Program-made: the position numbers and the translations under genes
The notes under the pieces: generated by a model
Told to the model about the DNA's origin: nothing
What the model saw: the letters and a program-made list of their open reading frames with translations, nothing else
The model's database searches: none
DNA from: an uncultured bacterium
GTDB lineage: Bacteria > Verrucomicrobiota > Kiritimatiellia > RFP12 > UBA1067
Length of the DNA stretch: 64,000 nucleotides
Direction: 5' to 3'
Assembly: GCA_902776615.1 (NCBI GenBank)
Contig: CACYQU010000004.1
Location: 1,139-65,138 of the forward strand
In this document: positions 9,421-18,225 of the stretch, one piece after another
How positions within the stretch are numbered: position 1 is the first letter of the stretch
Layout: every line of letters begins with the position of its first letter

Positions 9421-10565
9421 TACATCAGAGAGAGATAGAGCTTCTCGATGTCCTTGACCGTGCAGTCGCGCGGATTGCCGGGACGGCACGCATCGGCATA
9501 GGCCGACTCGGAGAGGAACTTGACGTCCTCCTTCTTGAGCACGCCTTTGAGGTTCGGCGGGATGCCGACATCCTTGGCGAGTTTCTCGACAGCGGCGATT
9601 GCGGCCTTGCGATATTCGGGCATCGTCATCCTGTCCACATTCTTCACGCCCATCGCACGCGCGATCTCGCGATACTTCGTGCCTGTTTTGGGCGCATTGA
9701 ACTTCATGGCCGTCGGCAGAAGAATCGCGCACGCCTTGCCGTGCGGCATGTCGTAGAGCGCGGAAAGGCCGTGGGCCATCGAGTGGTCTACGCCAAGCCC
9801 TACGTTCGAAAAACCCATACCGGCGATGTACTGTCCGAGAGCCATGCCTTCGCGGCCCTTCGGCTTGTTCGCGACCGCGTCGCGGAGAGAAAGGCTTATG
9901 AGACGTATCGCCTCAAGGTGCAACATATCGGTCATTGCGCACGCGCCCTTGGTAATATAGCCTTCGATGGCGTGCGTGAGCGCGTCCATTCCGGTGAACG
10001 CGGTAAGACCCTTGGGCATGGACGACATCATATCGGGGTCGACGAACGCCACGACAGGTATGTCGTGCGGATCGACGCAGACGAATTTGCGCTTCTTCTC
10101 GACATCGGTGATTACATAGTTGATGGTAACCTCGGCGGCGGTCCCGGCCGTCGTCGGAACGGCGAGAATCGGCTTGGAAGGCTTTGTGGTCGGGGCGACG
10201 CCTTCGAGCGACCGCACGTCGGCGAACTTCGGGTTCGCAACGATTATTCCGACGGCCTTGGCCGTATCCATCGAAGAGCCTCCTCCGATTGCGATGATCG
10301 AGTCGGCCTTGGCCTTCTTGAACGCCTTTACGCCGTTCTTCACGTTCTCGATCGTCGGATTGGCCTTGATGTCTGAATACACGGCATACGCGACCTTGGC
10401 CTTGTCGAGGAGGCCTGTCACCTTCTTGGAGACGCCGAACTTCAGCAGATCGGGATCCGTGAACACGATTGGCTTCTTGAGCCCGCGGGCCGCCAGCTCG
10501 GAGACAATCGCCGAGACAGCCCCCGCGCCGTGGTATGATGTTTCATTGAGAATGATTCTGTTCAT
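9420..10565 (-). CDS. Iron-containing (group III) alcohol dehydrogenase, a candidate lactaldehyde reductase (FucO-like).
   Basis: The Fe-ADH signature AIGGGSSMDTAKAVGIIVANP plus His-rich metal-binding motifs are present. The gene lies directly downstream of a class II aldolase. Confidence 0.85.
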   Translation of the reverse strand: MNRIILNETSYHGAGAVSAIVSELAARGLKKPIVFTDPDLLKFGVSKKVTGLLDKAKVAYAVYSDIKANPTIENVKNGVKAFKKAKADSIIAIGGGSSMDTAKAVGIIVANPKFADVRSLEGVAPTTKPSKPILAVPTTAGTAAEVTINYVITDVEKKRKFVCVDPHDIPVVAFVDPDMMSSMPKGLTAFTGMDALTHAIEGYITKGACAMTDMLHLEAIRLISLSLRDAVANKPKGREGMALGQYIAGMGFSNVGLGVDHSMAHGLSALYDMPHGKACAILLPTAMKFNAPKTGTKYREIARAMGVKNVDRMTMPEYRKAAIAAVEKLAKDVGIPPNLKGVLKKEDVKFLSESAYADACRPGNPRDCTVKDIEKLYLSLM

Positions 10566-10581
10566 TTGTTTCTCCTTGATT

Positions 10582-11400
10582 TTACTTGCCTGTCTTCTTC
10601 ATTGCGTAACCATTGAAACGGTTTGTGTTGTAGAGCGGCTGGGCATCGTCCACGGGAAGCCCCATGGCCTTGCGTATCGCAAGGAAGTCCTTCACCGACT
10701 GCCGGCCCACCTGCTGAAGCGGCGCGCCGTGGCCGGCCGCCAGCAGAAGCACCTGGCAGAACGAGTCCGCATTCTCGGCGAACCATTCAGCCTCCTCTAT
10801 GTCGCGCGCACCGCACACTATGCCATGGTTTTCCATGAAAACCACGTTTGACTTCTTCGACGCCTCGGCGACGCTCGCCGCGACTTCGTCAGTACCCGGC
10901 GTGGCGTACGGCGCGATGGGAATCTGGTTCAGGAAGATATCCGCCTCGGGGTTGATGCCGTTCGGCGGCACTTTGCCGGCGAAAAGAAACGCATTGCAGT
11001 GCGGCGGATGGCAGTGTACGCAGGCGTTCCAGCCGGCGGTCTTCATCATCGCGATATGAACCTTTACTTCGCTCGTGCGCGGGCGGTAGCCACAAAGCTG
11101 GCCTGCGTTCATATCGACCAGGCAGATGTCGCGCTCCTCCATAAACCCCTTGCAGCAGAGCGTAGGGGAGCACAGAACAAGATCCTCCCCCACTCGCACG
11201 GAGAGATTGCCTCCGTTGCCGTCGGTGAACCCGCGGGCATATATGCGGCGGCCCATCTCGCACATTGCCTGCTTGACCTTGCGGATCGCGGGCGACGCGA
11301 AAAAGCGATCGATATCCTTTCTTGTCTTGGGCTGCGGTCCGTTCTTCCAGTCGTACGCCCTGTTTACAAGCGGAGGATTGATGTAGAGTTTCTTGTCCAT
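10582..11400 (-). CDS. Class II aldolase/adducin-family protein, of the L-fuculose-phosphate aldolase or L-ribulose-5-P 4-epimerase type.
   Basis: Motifs GNLSVRVGEDLVLCSP, VHCHPPH and ENHGIVCGARDIEEA. The 272-aa length includes an N-terminal extension. Confidence 0.85.
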   Translation of the reverse strand: MDKKLYINPPLVNRAYDWKNGPQPKTRKDIDRFFASPAIRKVKQAMCEMGRRIYARGFTDGNGGNLSVRVGEDLVLCSPTLCCKGFMEERDICLVDMNAGQLCGYRPRTSEVKVHIAMMKTAGWNACVHCHPPHCNAFLFAGKVPPNGINPEADIFLNQIPIAPYATPGTDEVAASVAEASKKSNVVFMENHGIVCGARDIEEAEWFAENADSFCQVLLLAAGHGAPLQQVGRQSVKDFLAIRKAMGLPVDDAQPLYNTNRFNGYAMKKTGK

Positions 11401-11418
11401 TTTGGCCTTGCCTTCTTG

Positions 11419-12294
11419 TTATCGGATTTCCTGCCAAAGCCTCGTGGTCGCATTCGTCGTGGCGCCGCCAGTGGCGAGGAAGAACGCGCCGGGATTGTCA
11501 GGCACGCGTCCGGCGTCGATGTTGGACGAAGGCGTGCTGTCGCCGGTGAACGTCGCCCGGACGATCGGCCGCCACTTTCCGTCTTCCGCAGAACGCGCCT
11601 CGATTCCGGAAAATTCCGCGAGCCTCATGCGAGTGGCGCTGTCGTAATCGCGGCGGAAGTCCTCAACGAACGAGTGCAGGAAACCGAAGCCCGGCGCCTG
11701 GCCCGAACGGTTCATCGTGGAAATTGTCGCAAGTCTGTGCCAGCCTTCCGCATTCGAGGCGTCCTGCAGCCAGCAGGTGTACGCCGTGCGGTTTGTGCCG
11801 TCAGGCTCGGTCTCGATCTTGAAACGAACGGGCACACCGATCTTCCATCCGTAACCGGCCATGGTCCGGGCGCCCGTGCCTTCGCCTCCGAAACGGGCAA
11901 CATCCATGAGCGGATCGGCGTAGATCACCTTCGCGCGATGCTCAAGCTTCACATTGTCCGGCTGGGCCGCAAAATCGTATGGATCGACGGGATCCCACAC
12001 CGAGAATATGAGAACGTGGCGGCTGTCGGGCAGTTCCTGTATGCCGCAGTAGCCGCAGTTCCAGCCGAGCGCCATGAAGTACGAGCCGGGGTGGGACTTC
12101 CGGACGGTTACGGAAACTGCCGCGCCGGAGATTACAGGCGACGGCGACGGATACCTCAAATGCACACTACGGGCCTGTCTTCTGGCGGTTTCCTCTGGCG
12201 TCATCTCGCCGAAGCCGGTCATTGCGGCCGTGGCAAGGCACTGCATTGACACAACCGCGACTGCCGCGCCGGTCATCATGGTTTTCATAGTCAT
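11419..12294 (-). CDS. Secreted hypothetical protein with a signal peptide. The start at MTMKTMM overlaps the upstream HAD stop as ATGA.
   Basis: Signal peptide MTMKTMMTGAAVAVVSMQCLATAAM. No catalytic motif was recognised. The high-GC3 coding texture supports it being a real gene. Confidence 0.7.
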   Translation of the reverse strand: MTMKTMMTGAAVAVVSMQCLATAAMTGFGEMTPEETARRQARSVHLRYPSPSPVISGAAVSVTVRKSHPGSYFMALGWNCGYCGIQELPDSRHVLIFSVWDPVDPYDFAAQPDNVKLEHRAKVIYADPLMDVARFGGEGTGARTMAGYGWKIGVPVRFKIETEPDGTNRTAYTCWLQDASNAEGWHRLATISTMNRSGQAPGFGFLHSFVEDFRRDYDSATRMRLAEFSGIEARSAEDGKWRPIVRATFTGDSTPSSNIDAGRVPDNPGAFFLATGGATTNATTRLWQEIR

Positions 12295-12935
12295 ACTCTT
12301 ATCTCCTCTGGTTTGTCTACTGTTCTGTCTGCCATGGCCAGTTCTTCGGGGGTTCCATAGCCCCACGACGCTCCGACCGATTCAATTCCGTTTTCCTTTG
12401 CCGCGGCAAAGTCGCTCGACGTATCGCCGACGATTGCGCACTCTTCGGGACGAGCCCCGGTTTCGCGCATGATCCGCGCCAGCAGCGCGCCCTTGCGCAG
12501 CTTGCCGATCGCAGGATCGTCCTTGTACATGTCGCCCGCGTAAAGGCCGTCGAAAACATCTGTCCATCCGAACTTCGCCGCTATCGCCTTCGCGCCGGCA
12601 TAACGTTTGTTCGTTACGATGTACACCTTCGAGCCAGCGGCTTTTAGGGCGCGCACGCAATCTATCACGCCAGGATATTCGCAGGTTGTGGGGAAACCGT
12701 CCGAATCGTAGTGACTGCCGAAGCGCTCGCGTATTGCACGGCCCAGCGCGTCGGTATAAATATCCGGGAAAAGAGCCTTGGCCATATCCTCGATCGGCGG
12801 GCCGGCCACAAAGCGCTTGTCGAAATCTGGACACGACAGGCCGAGTTCGTTCATGGCCGTCTTCCACGCAAGGCGGATGTCTCCATCGGTGTCTGCAAGA
12901 GTGCCGTCCAGGTCAAAGAACCAAAATCTCTTCAT
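12291..12935 (-). CDS. HAD-superfamily hydrolase, of the phosphoglycolate phosphatase or beta-phosphoglucomutase type.
   Basis: Motif I FFDLDGTLADTD, motif II VTNK, and motif IV IVGDTSSDFAAA. Confidence 0.85.
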   Translation of the reverse strand: MKRFWFFDLDGTLADTDGDIRLAWKTAMNELGLSCPDFDKRFVAGPPIEDMAKALFPDIYTDALGRAIRERFGSHYDSDGFPTTCEYPGVIDCVRALKAAGSKVYIVTNKRYAGAKAIAAKFGWTDVFDGLYAGDMYKDDPAIGKLRKGALLARIMRETGARPEECAIVGDTSSDFAAAKENGIESVGASWGYGTPEELAMADRTVDKPEEIRV

Positions 12936-13645
12936 CTGAGAAGCCCCTCCTCGGCAGCCTTTATGATAGACAGCGCTTCTTCCGTGCTCGTCGCCTCGTC
13001 CAGGACTTCAAGGAACTCCGTCGCATGCGCCATCAGGGCAAGCCGCGCCAGTATATTGAGATGCTGCACATGGTCGGTGGAGCAAACAAGGAAGAAGTGG
13101 CGCGTGCCTTCACCGTTCGGTGCGCCGAAGAACACGGGCCTGTCGCTTCTTCCGTAGGCTACGAACGACTCCTCGAAAAGGTAAGGGTCGTGAAAACGCG
13201 GATGCATGAACGCGGCGCCCTGACCGACCGCGGTGGATGCCGTGTTCTCACGCTCCATAAGCTCTTTGAACAGACCTTCCTGATCATACACGAGCCCAGT
13301 GCGCCCAGCGAGATCGCTCATGTCGCGGACCATCCCCGCCTTTGCCTTCCCTGGCATCGAAAGGCACATTCCGTCAAGGCGAAAGAGATTCGACACTCGC
13401 CATTCTTCATGACGCAGGCGGCGATCTTCATCCAGTATGGCGTTGTGCTGACGACGAATCTCGCGCCCGTTGGAGGCGAGAAGCCTGCGCTGGGCCCATT
13501 CGTCAAGCGCGCGATGTTCAAACCACCAGTCGCCGCCATGCTCCGACGCCTCGACCTCCCCTCTCTGGGCGGCATGCTTCAACTCGTTCATCTCCAGATG
13601 AACGTGTTCCGCGGCCTGTTTGAGATTGAGCGTCGTTCTTGACAT
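12932..13645 (-). CDS. Fusion of an excisionase-type HTH (HTH_17-like) DNA-binding domain to a PTS EIIA-Ntr/fructose-type (EIIA_2) domain.
   Basis: The N-terminus TLNLKQAAEHVHLEMNELKHAAQRGEVEASEHGGDWWFEHRALDEWAQRRL resembles the excisionase/MerR-like HTH. The C-terminus AVGQGAAFMHPRF...HFFLVCSTDHVQHLNILARLA matches EIIA-Ntr, including the phosphorylatable His region. Confidence 0.8.
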   Translation of the reverse strand: MSRTTLNLKQAAEHVHLEMNELKHAAQRGEVEASEHGGDWWFEHRALDEWAQRRLLASNGREIRRQHNAILDEDRRLRHEEWRVSNLFRLDGMCLSMPGKAKAGMVRDMSDLAGRTGLVYDQEGLFKELMERENTASTAVGQGAAFMHPRFHDPYLFEESFVAYGRSDRPVFFGAPNGEGTRHFFLVCSTDHVQHLNILARLALMAHATEFLEVLDEATSTEEALSIIKAAEEGLLR

Positions 13646-13654
13646 AACTGAGGT

Positions 13655-13666
13655 GTATTATACCTT
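13655..13666 (-). promoter_or_regulatory. -10 box GGTATAATA lying 11 nt upstream of the HTH-EIIA ATG, implying a near-leaderless transcript.
   Basis: The minus strand reads AAGGTATAATacacctcagttATG. Confidence 0.45.
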
Positions 13667-15695
13667 ATTTGCCGCGCAAAGGCAAACATGGGTGTGCGGC
13701 GGAAAGCCCCAGCGCCTTGGATACGGCTTCGCCGTAGGCGCGAGCGAGCGCGACCATGCCGTAATCGTTTGGATGGACACCATCGACAGAACCTTCAAGA
13801 TCATCGGGGTACATTGCGTCCTTCGGCAGATAAACAAGGTTCTTCCAGCCTTCGGCGACAAGCTTGTCGTAAATGGATTTGAGAAGAACGTCCTTCTCAG
13901 TCGGCCCGTTGCAGTACACGTCGCACTGTCCGGCCATGACAATCGGCACGTCGGGACGCTTCGCTCGAAGGTTGCGTATGAACGGCTCGTAGTTCTCGTC
14001 CATGTTGCGTCCCTTGCGAGCGGTTTGATTCGTCGAAAGCCGCATGTTGTGCAGGCAGTCCAAAACATAGCAGCTGGCGTCAATGCGCGCAAGATGTTCA
14101 CTCATCTCGAGTTCCATTACCCCCGACCCGGAAAAGCCCAGATTCACAACAGGCACATCAAGTTCTCGTCCGATGATGTTTACAAAGCTCATCCCGGGTC
14201 GTGATGCGCAGCCGCCATGCGTGATGGATGTCCCGTAAAAGACTACAGGTTTTTCAACGCCGCTTTTGCGCGGGCCTAGGGGCTTCACGACGGCATTCGT
14301 CTCCACACCGAGCGAGAACTCCTTGATGCCGTTGTACAGCGGCAGGTTCACAAGGCACGGCGCGCCGGGGCTCCACGGTATCTCGAGTTGCGCGCCAGAC
14401 GGCTTTTCGATGCGTCCTGTCTTGACATACCGCCAGCGCCCTTTCACCGTGTCGTAGCAGTATACGTCAATGCCGCTCATGCCGGATTTAGGCATATGAT
14501 CCATCGACATCCATCCGCCGTTGTACGGCACCCATTTAAAGACGAGCTTGTTCGAGTCGGTCGAGAAGCGAAACTGCATTCCGGCCGTATGGTGCTTCAT
14601 GTTGCGTACGCCCTCGTTCACGTTTGTGGTGACACCAGACGGCAAACGGTCGTACCAATGGTCCACGTCGCTGAAAGCACGGCCTTCTATCGGCAGACTT
14701 CGTCCATCAATCCATTTGAGGCCGTTGGTGACAACGACGCCATCGGCGCACATGTTGCTGTCGTACCGCGAGACCGAGTCTGGCCCGCCATCTTTCCCGT
14801 CGGTCGGGGTCCGGGCTTTGAATCTGCGGAAGCGCACTGCCATTCCGTCCACAAACATGTCATAGCGCAACAGCGTGTCGGCTCCGATACGGTTCATCGG
14901 CTCCGGCACGACAACCGGCGATATCTCGATTCCATCCGCCACATCCAGAACGCCGGGTGCGCCTGACCGCGGCGACAGGTCGGCGGCGCCGTTTATGTCG
15001 GTGAGAGGCGCGATGGATGCCACGCCTGTAGTCGGCCAGTGCGTATCGGACGACAGCAGCGTCATCGACGAGCCGGAGTCCACAAGCACTTCAAAGCGTC
15101 TGCCGTCGACCGTCGCCGGAAGCAATATGCTCATTGGATCATACTCCAGGCGTTGCACAGCGCGGCCGAATCCGGCGAGGGACTGCGCTCCTGGCGAAAA
15201 GACAATTTCGCCGGCGCCTAGGGATATGATACACGGCACGCGCCCCAAAACGTTCATTCCGATTATGCCGTCCACTTTTACTCCAACCGCCTTTTCAAGA
15301 TGCGAGATGTCCAGCGCCATCACGCCAAAGGTCTCGAAAGCGACCTCCCCGATCTTGAGGCTGCGTACTTGCATGAAGCGCGGAGCGCCCTCTACATTCG
15401 ACTCGCCCATCATCATAACAGGCACGAGCTGCACATCCGGCAGCGATTCCCTGACGAACGACATGTCGAATGTGGTGTGGGTTGCGCCGGTATCAAGAAG
15501 AAGAGTACACCTGACGCCGTTTAGTTCGCCAGCCACGATTGGCATGCGGTTGCCCTGCCGCACGTTCAAAGCCGCGCGACATTCGCCGGCCGGCGCCTTT
15601 TCCGGACGAAACGGGTCGCTTTCCGCGAAAGCGGCGGAAAGCGCCACCGATGAAAACACTGCCGCGACAAAGCGGCGAAAAGCATTGACCTTCAT
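13665..15695 (-). CDS. Secreted multidomain protein with a signal peptide, two tandem retropepsin-like aspartic protease domains, a beta-sandwich (GxDLY-like) domain, and an SGNH/GDSL esterase domain.
   Basis: Signal peptide MKVNAFRRFVAAVFSSVALSAAFA. Protease domain 1 shows LLLDTGATHTTFD...GIIGMNVLG and domain 2 shows VLVDSGSSMTLL. The SGNH block I reads VVFYGTSITHGG and block V reads DGVHPND. The ~190-codon in-frame extension upstream of MKVN is Arg-rich and is discounted. Confidence 0.8.
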   Translation of the reverse strand: MKVNAFRRFVAAVFSSVALSAAFAESDPFRPEKAPAGECRAALNVRQGNRMPIVAGELNGVRCTLLLDTGATHTTFDMSFVRESLPDVQLVPVMMMGESNVEGAPRFMQVRSLKIGEVAFETFGVMALDISHLEKAVGVKVDGIIGMNVLGRVPCIISLGAGEIVFSPGAQSLAGFGRAVQRLEYDPMSILLPATVDGRRFEVLVDSGSSMTLLSSDTHWPTTGVASIAPLTDINGAADLSPRSGAPGVLDVADGIEISPVVVPEPMNRIGADTLLRYDMFVDGMAVRFRRFKARTPTDGKDGGPDSVSRYDSNMCADGVVVTNGLKWIDGRSLPIEGRAFSDVDHWYDRLPSGVTTNVNEGVRNMKHHTAGMQFRFSTDSNKLVFKWVPYNGGWMSMDHMPKSGMSGIDVYCYDTVKGRWRYVKTGRIEKPSGAQLEIPWSPGAPCLVNLPLYNGIKEFSLGVETNAVVKPLGPRKSGVEKPVVFYGTSITHGGCASRPGMSFVNIIGRELDVPVVNLGFSGSGVMELEMSEHLARIDASCYVLDCLHNMRLSTNQTARKGRNMDENYEPFIRNLRAKRPDVPIVMAGQCDVYCNGPTEKDVLLKSIYDKLVAEGWKNLVYLPKDAMYPDDLEGSVDGVHPNDYGMVALARAYGEAVSKALGLSAAHPCLPLRGK

Positions 15696-16951
15696 TCCGC
15701 AATCTCCTTTTGCAATACAGTCGCAATGAAATCGAATCCGCGAACCTTGACGATCTTGATTTGCACAAACTCGCCAACTGGCGGCTCGGAATCGATATAT
15801 GTAACACCGTCCACGTCCGGCGCCTGGCTCTCCATGCGCACAACGCCCGGAGCGACGACAAGAGCACGGAACACCTTGCCGATCATTCTGCGGGACTTCA
15901 CTTTCCAGACGGCTGCCGCCTGGTCCATTACAGCCTTCTCGCGCGCCTCGGCGACATTGCGCGAAGGCCGCCCCTTCATCTTTGCGCCTTTGGTTCCTTC
16001 CTCCGGCGAATACGCGAACGCCCCGAGATGGTCGAACTGCATGCGCGCCAGATCGGCCATCATGCGATTGAACCGCGCCTCCGTTTCGCCCGGGAAACCG
16101 GTCATTATAGTGGTTCGCAGCGTCACGCCCGGCACCAGCGCGCGAAGCGTCTCTGCAGCTGTACGAGTGGCGGCGATTGCGGCTCGGCGATTCATCTTGT
16201 CGAGAACGTACGGATCGGTATGCTGCAGAGGAACGTCGATATATTTCACTGCGTGGCGCGACGAGAGCATCCACACAATGAAGTCTTCGTCGATCTCGCT
16301 CGGATACGAATACAAAACCCGCACCCAGAAATCACCCTTCAAACTGTCGATCTTCCACAGCAGATCCGTCAATGACGGCCCTCCGGACCTGCGCCACTCT
16401 ACACCATAGAGCATTGGATCCTGAGCAACGATGTTGAGTTCTCTGCAACCGCTCTTGAGAAGCGCCCGCGCCTCTTTCAGTATGGCATCGACAGGGCGGC
16501 TTCTGAATCTGCCGCGTATCGCAGGTATCGCGCAATAGGCGCAGCGGTGGGCGCAGCCTTCGGCGATCTTCAAATAGGCGAACGCCTTTCCTGTGAAGCG
16601 CAACGCGGGAATCTTCGGCTCTGTCCAGTCCTTTGGCACACCCTGCCATATGTCGACGCCCGGAAACTTGGCCACGGCCTTGGGGTAGCGCTGCGGATAG
16701 CAGCCGGCCACCACGACCTTGCGGTAGTTTCCCTTGGCCTTCAGCGCAAGGGCACGGGTTATTTCGCATTCCGCCTCCTCGCGGGCGGACGCTATGAAGG
16801 CGCAAGTGTTTACTATGACTGTATCGGCACGGTCGGGATCGGGCGACAACACGCACCCCTTCTTCAAAAGGTCTCCCGCCATTACCTGCAGATCCACGGC
16901 GTTTTTGGCGCAGCCGAGAGAAACGAGCGCGATTGATTCACCTTTCTTCAT
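15692..16951 (-). CDS. rimO: Ribosomal protein S12 methylthiotransferase (MiaB-family radical SAM enzyme).
   Basis: UPF0004 N-terminal domain ALVSLGCAKNAVDLQVM, radical-SAM motif CAHRCAYCAIP, and a C-terminal TRAM domain. The RimO-type N-terminus is MKKGESIALVSLGC. Confidence 0.9.
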   Translation of the reverse strand: MKKGESIALVSLGCAKNAVDLQVMAGDLLKKGCVLSPDPDRADTVIVNTCAFIASAREEAECEITRALALKAKGNYRKVVVAGCYPQRYPKAVAKFPGVDIWQGVPKDWTEPKIPALRFTGKAFAYLKIAEGCAHRCAYCAIPAIRGRFRSRPVDAILKEARALLKSGCRELNIVAQDPMLYGVEWRRSGGPSLTDLLWKIDSLKGDFWVRVLYSYPSEIDEDFIVWMLSSRHAVKYIDVPLQHTDPYVLDKMNRRAAIAATRTAAETLRALVPGVTLRTTIMTGFPGETEARFNRMMADLARMQFDHLGAFAYSPEEGTKGAKMKGRPSRNVAEAREKAVMDQAAAVWKVKSRRMIGKVFRALVVAPGVVRMESQAPDVDGVTYIDSEPPVGEFVQIKIVKVRGFDFIATVLQKEIAE

Positions 16952-18224
16952 ACCAAGTCTCCATTTCCGGCTTGAGGGAGCCCAAAAACTCCGCAAACGG
17001 CGCGTTCTTTGCCGTAGGCACATAATCCACGGCGGGCGGACGGCCCATTTCGCGCGCGACATAATTGTAAGCGAAGTGTTCCAGAGTGCGCCCCATGGCG
17101 CGACAGCTCATGACGAAATCGGTTATTCGCATTGCGACAATGTCAACAACGATATAGCAGACAATCCCCTGCTCGCCGAAACGGTCTGCCGCTTTGAACA
17201 CATAAACGCGCTTTGTGCTGTCGCTCAGCAACGCGGCAAATTCGTCGCGGGTTCGGCGCAGCGTGGTGGCGTTGAATTGGTTTGTCTTGCCTGCCATCTG
17301 CGCAAGCCTGTCCAGGTCGCCATCGCAGGCCAGACGAGGCTCTACGCGCAATTCCAGCGACTTCAGGTAATCTCCGACATTGTCGAAGCACGACATTGTC
17401 GTCTCCGCCGCGCTGCGGGCCGCGTAGCTCGCCGCACGCATGCCATCCTCGGCAGTCTTGCCCATGTCGCGGAAGAAATATTCCTTGAGGCGACGCAGAA
17501 GACATCGTGCCCGGGAATCAGGTCGCGCAGCCCCGTCATTCCACCCGTTCCACGCGACTACGGCGACCTCCGGCAGATGCGCCGCCATCTGCGCCCGTTC
17601 ATGTGGATTGTCATCGACAAAGACGACACTGTCGGTCGACAGATTCAGTTTGCGACAGGCTTCGATGAGATTTCCCGCCTTTGGCGCCCAGTTGATGCAG
17701 CGCGCAGCGAAGTCGCCGTCTTTGAGAGGAAAGTCGCCACGCATAAATTCGTCGCATGGATCATTCTTTGTGAGCAGCACAAGCGTCACGCCGGCTTTTT
17801 TCAACTCAAGAAGCCCCTTCTGGAACTCGACGCACGGCACAAGCGCATCGCGGCCGTCTTCGCTGAGGATTCCATGCCACAGCGTGTTGTCGGCGTCAAC
17901 AGCCAAAACCTTTTTCGGCGCGGCTATGCCGAAATACGAAAACTCCTCGACAAGCGCCTTTATTCCGGCAAGCGAGTATGGCTGAGACGCCAATGTTCGC
18001 ATGCGCTCGTCGAAGAAACCGTCAACCTCGGCCGCCAAGGCTTCGTCATGCGAAGTGACGTCGAAAATCGCATCAGGCTTGAAACGCTTCAACCCGGATG
18101 TCTCGTCGAGCAGCTCCTGCCGCCATGTGCCGAACCCCGCAGGGACATACACATCATGGCCCGCCGCCCTGAAATAAGGCGCAAGCACGTCAAGTGCGAC
18201 ATCCCCGACGAGCGCAAGCTTCAT
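16938..18224 (-). CDS. FkbH-like protein (HAD-IIIC phosphatase domain plus a C-terminal GNAT-like domain).
   Basis: HAD motif I KVLAVDADNTLWHGIL and motif III/IV VVFVDDNPHE. The FkbH-type block is LAQMAGKTNQFNATTLRRTRDEF. Confidence 0.75.
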   Translation of the reverse strand: MKLALVGDVALDVLAPYFRAAGHDVYVPAGFGTWRQELLDETSGLKRFKPDAIFDVTSHDEALAAEVDGFFDERMRTLASQPYSLAGIKALVEEFSYFGIAAPKKVLAVDADNTLWHGILSEDGRDALVPCVEFQKGLLELKKAGVTLVLLTKNDPCDEFMRGDFPLKDGDFAARCINWAPKAGNLIEACRKLNLSTDSVVFVDDNPHERAQMAAHLPEVAVVAWNGWNDGAARPDSRARCLLRRLKEYFFRDMGKTAEDGMRAASYAARSAAETTMSCFDNVGDYLKSLELRVEPRLACDGDLDRLAQMAGKTNQFNATTLRRTRDEFAALLSDSTKRVYVFKAADRFGEQGIVCYIVVDIVAMRITDFVMSCRAMGRTLEHFAYNYVAREMGRPPAVDYVPTAKNAPFAEFLGSLKPEMETWYEER

Positions 18225-18225
18225 C

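Noticed and set aside
13665-16274. The 869-aa extended form of the protease-esterase ORF.
   Set aside because: The ~193 N-terminal codons are Arg/Gly-rich and overlap rimO. The signal-peptide Met (MKVNAF...) at 15695 abuts the rimO stop and is the credible start.
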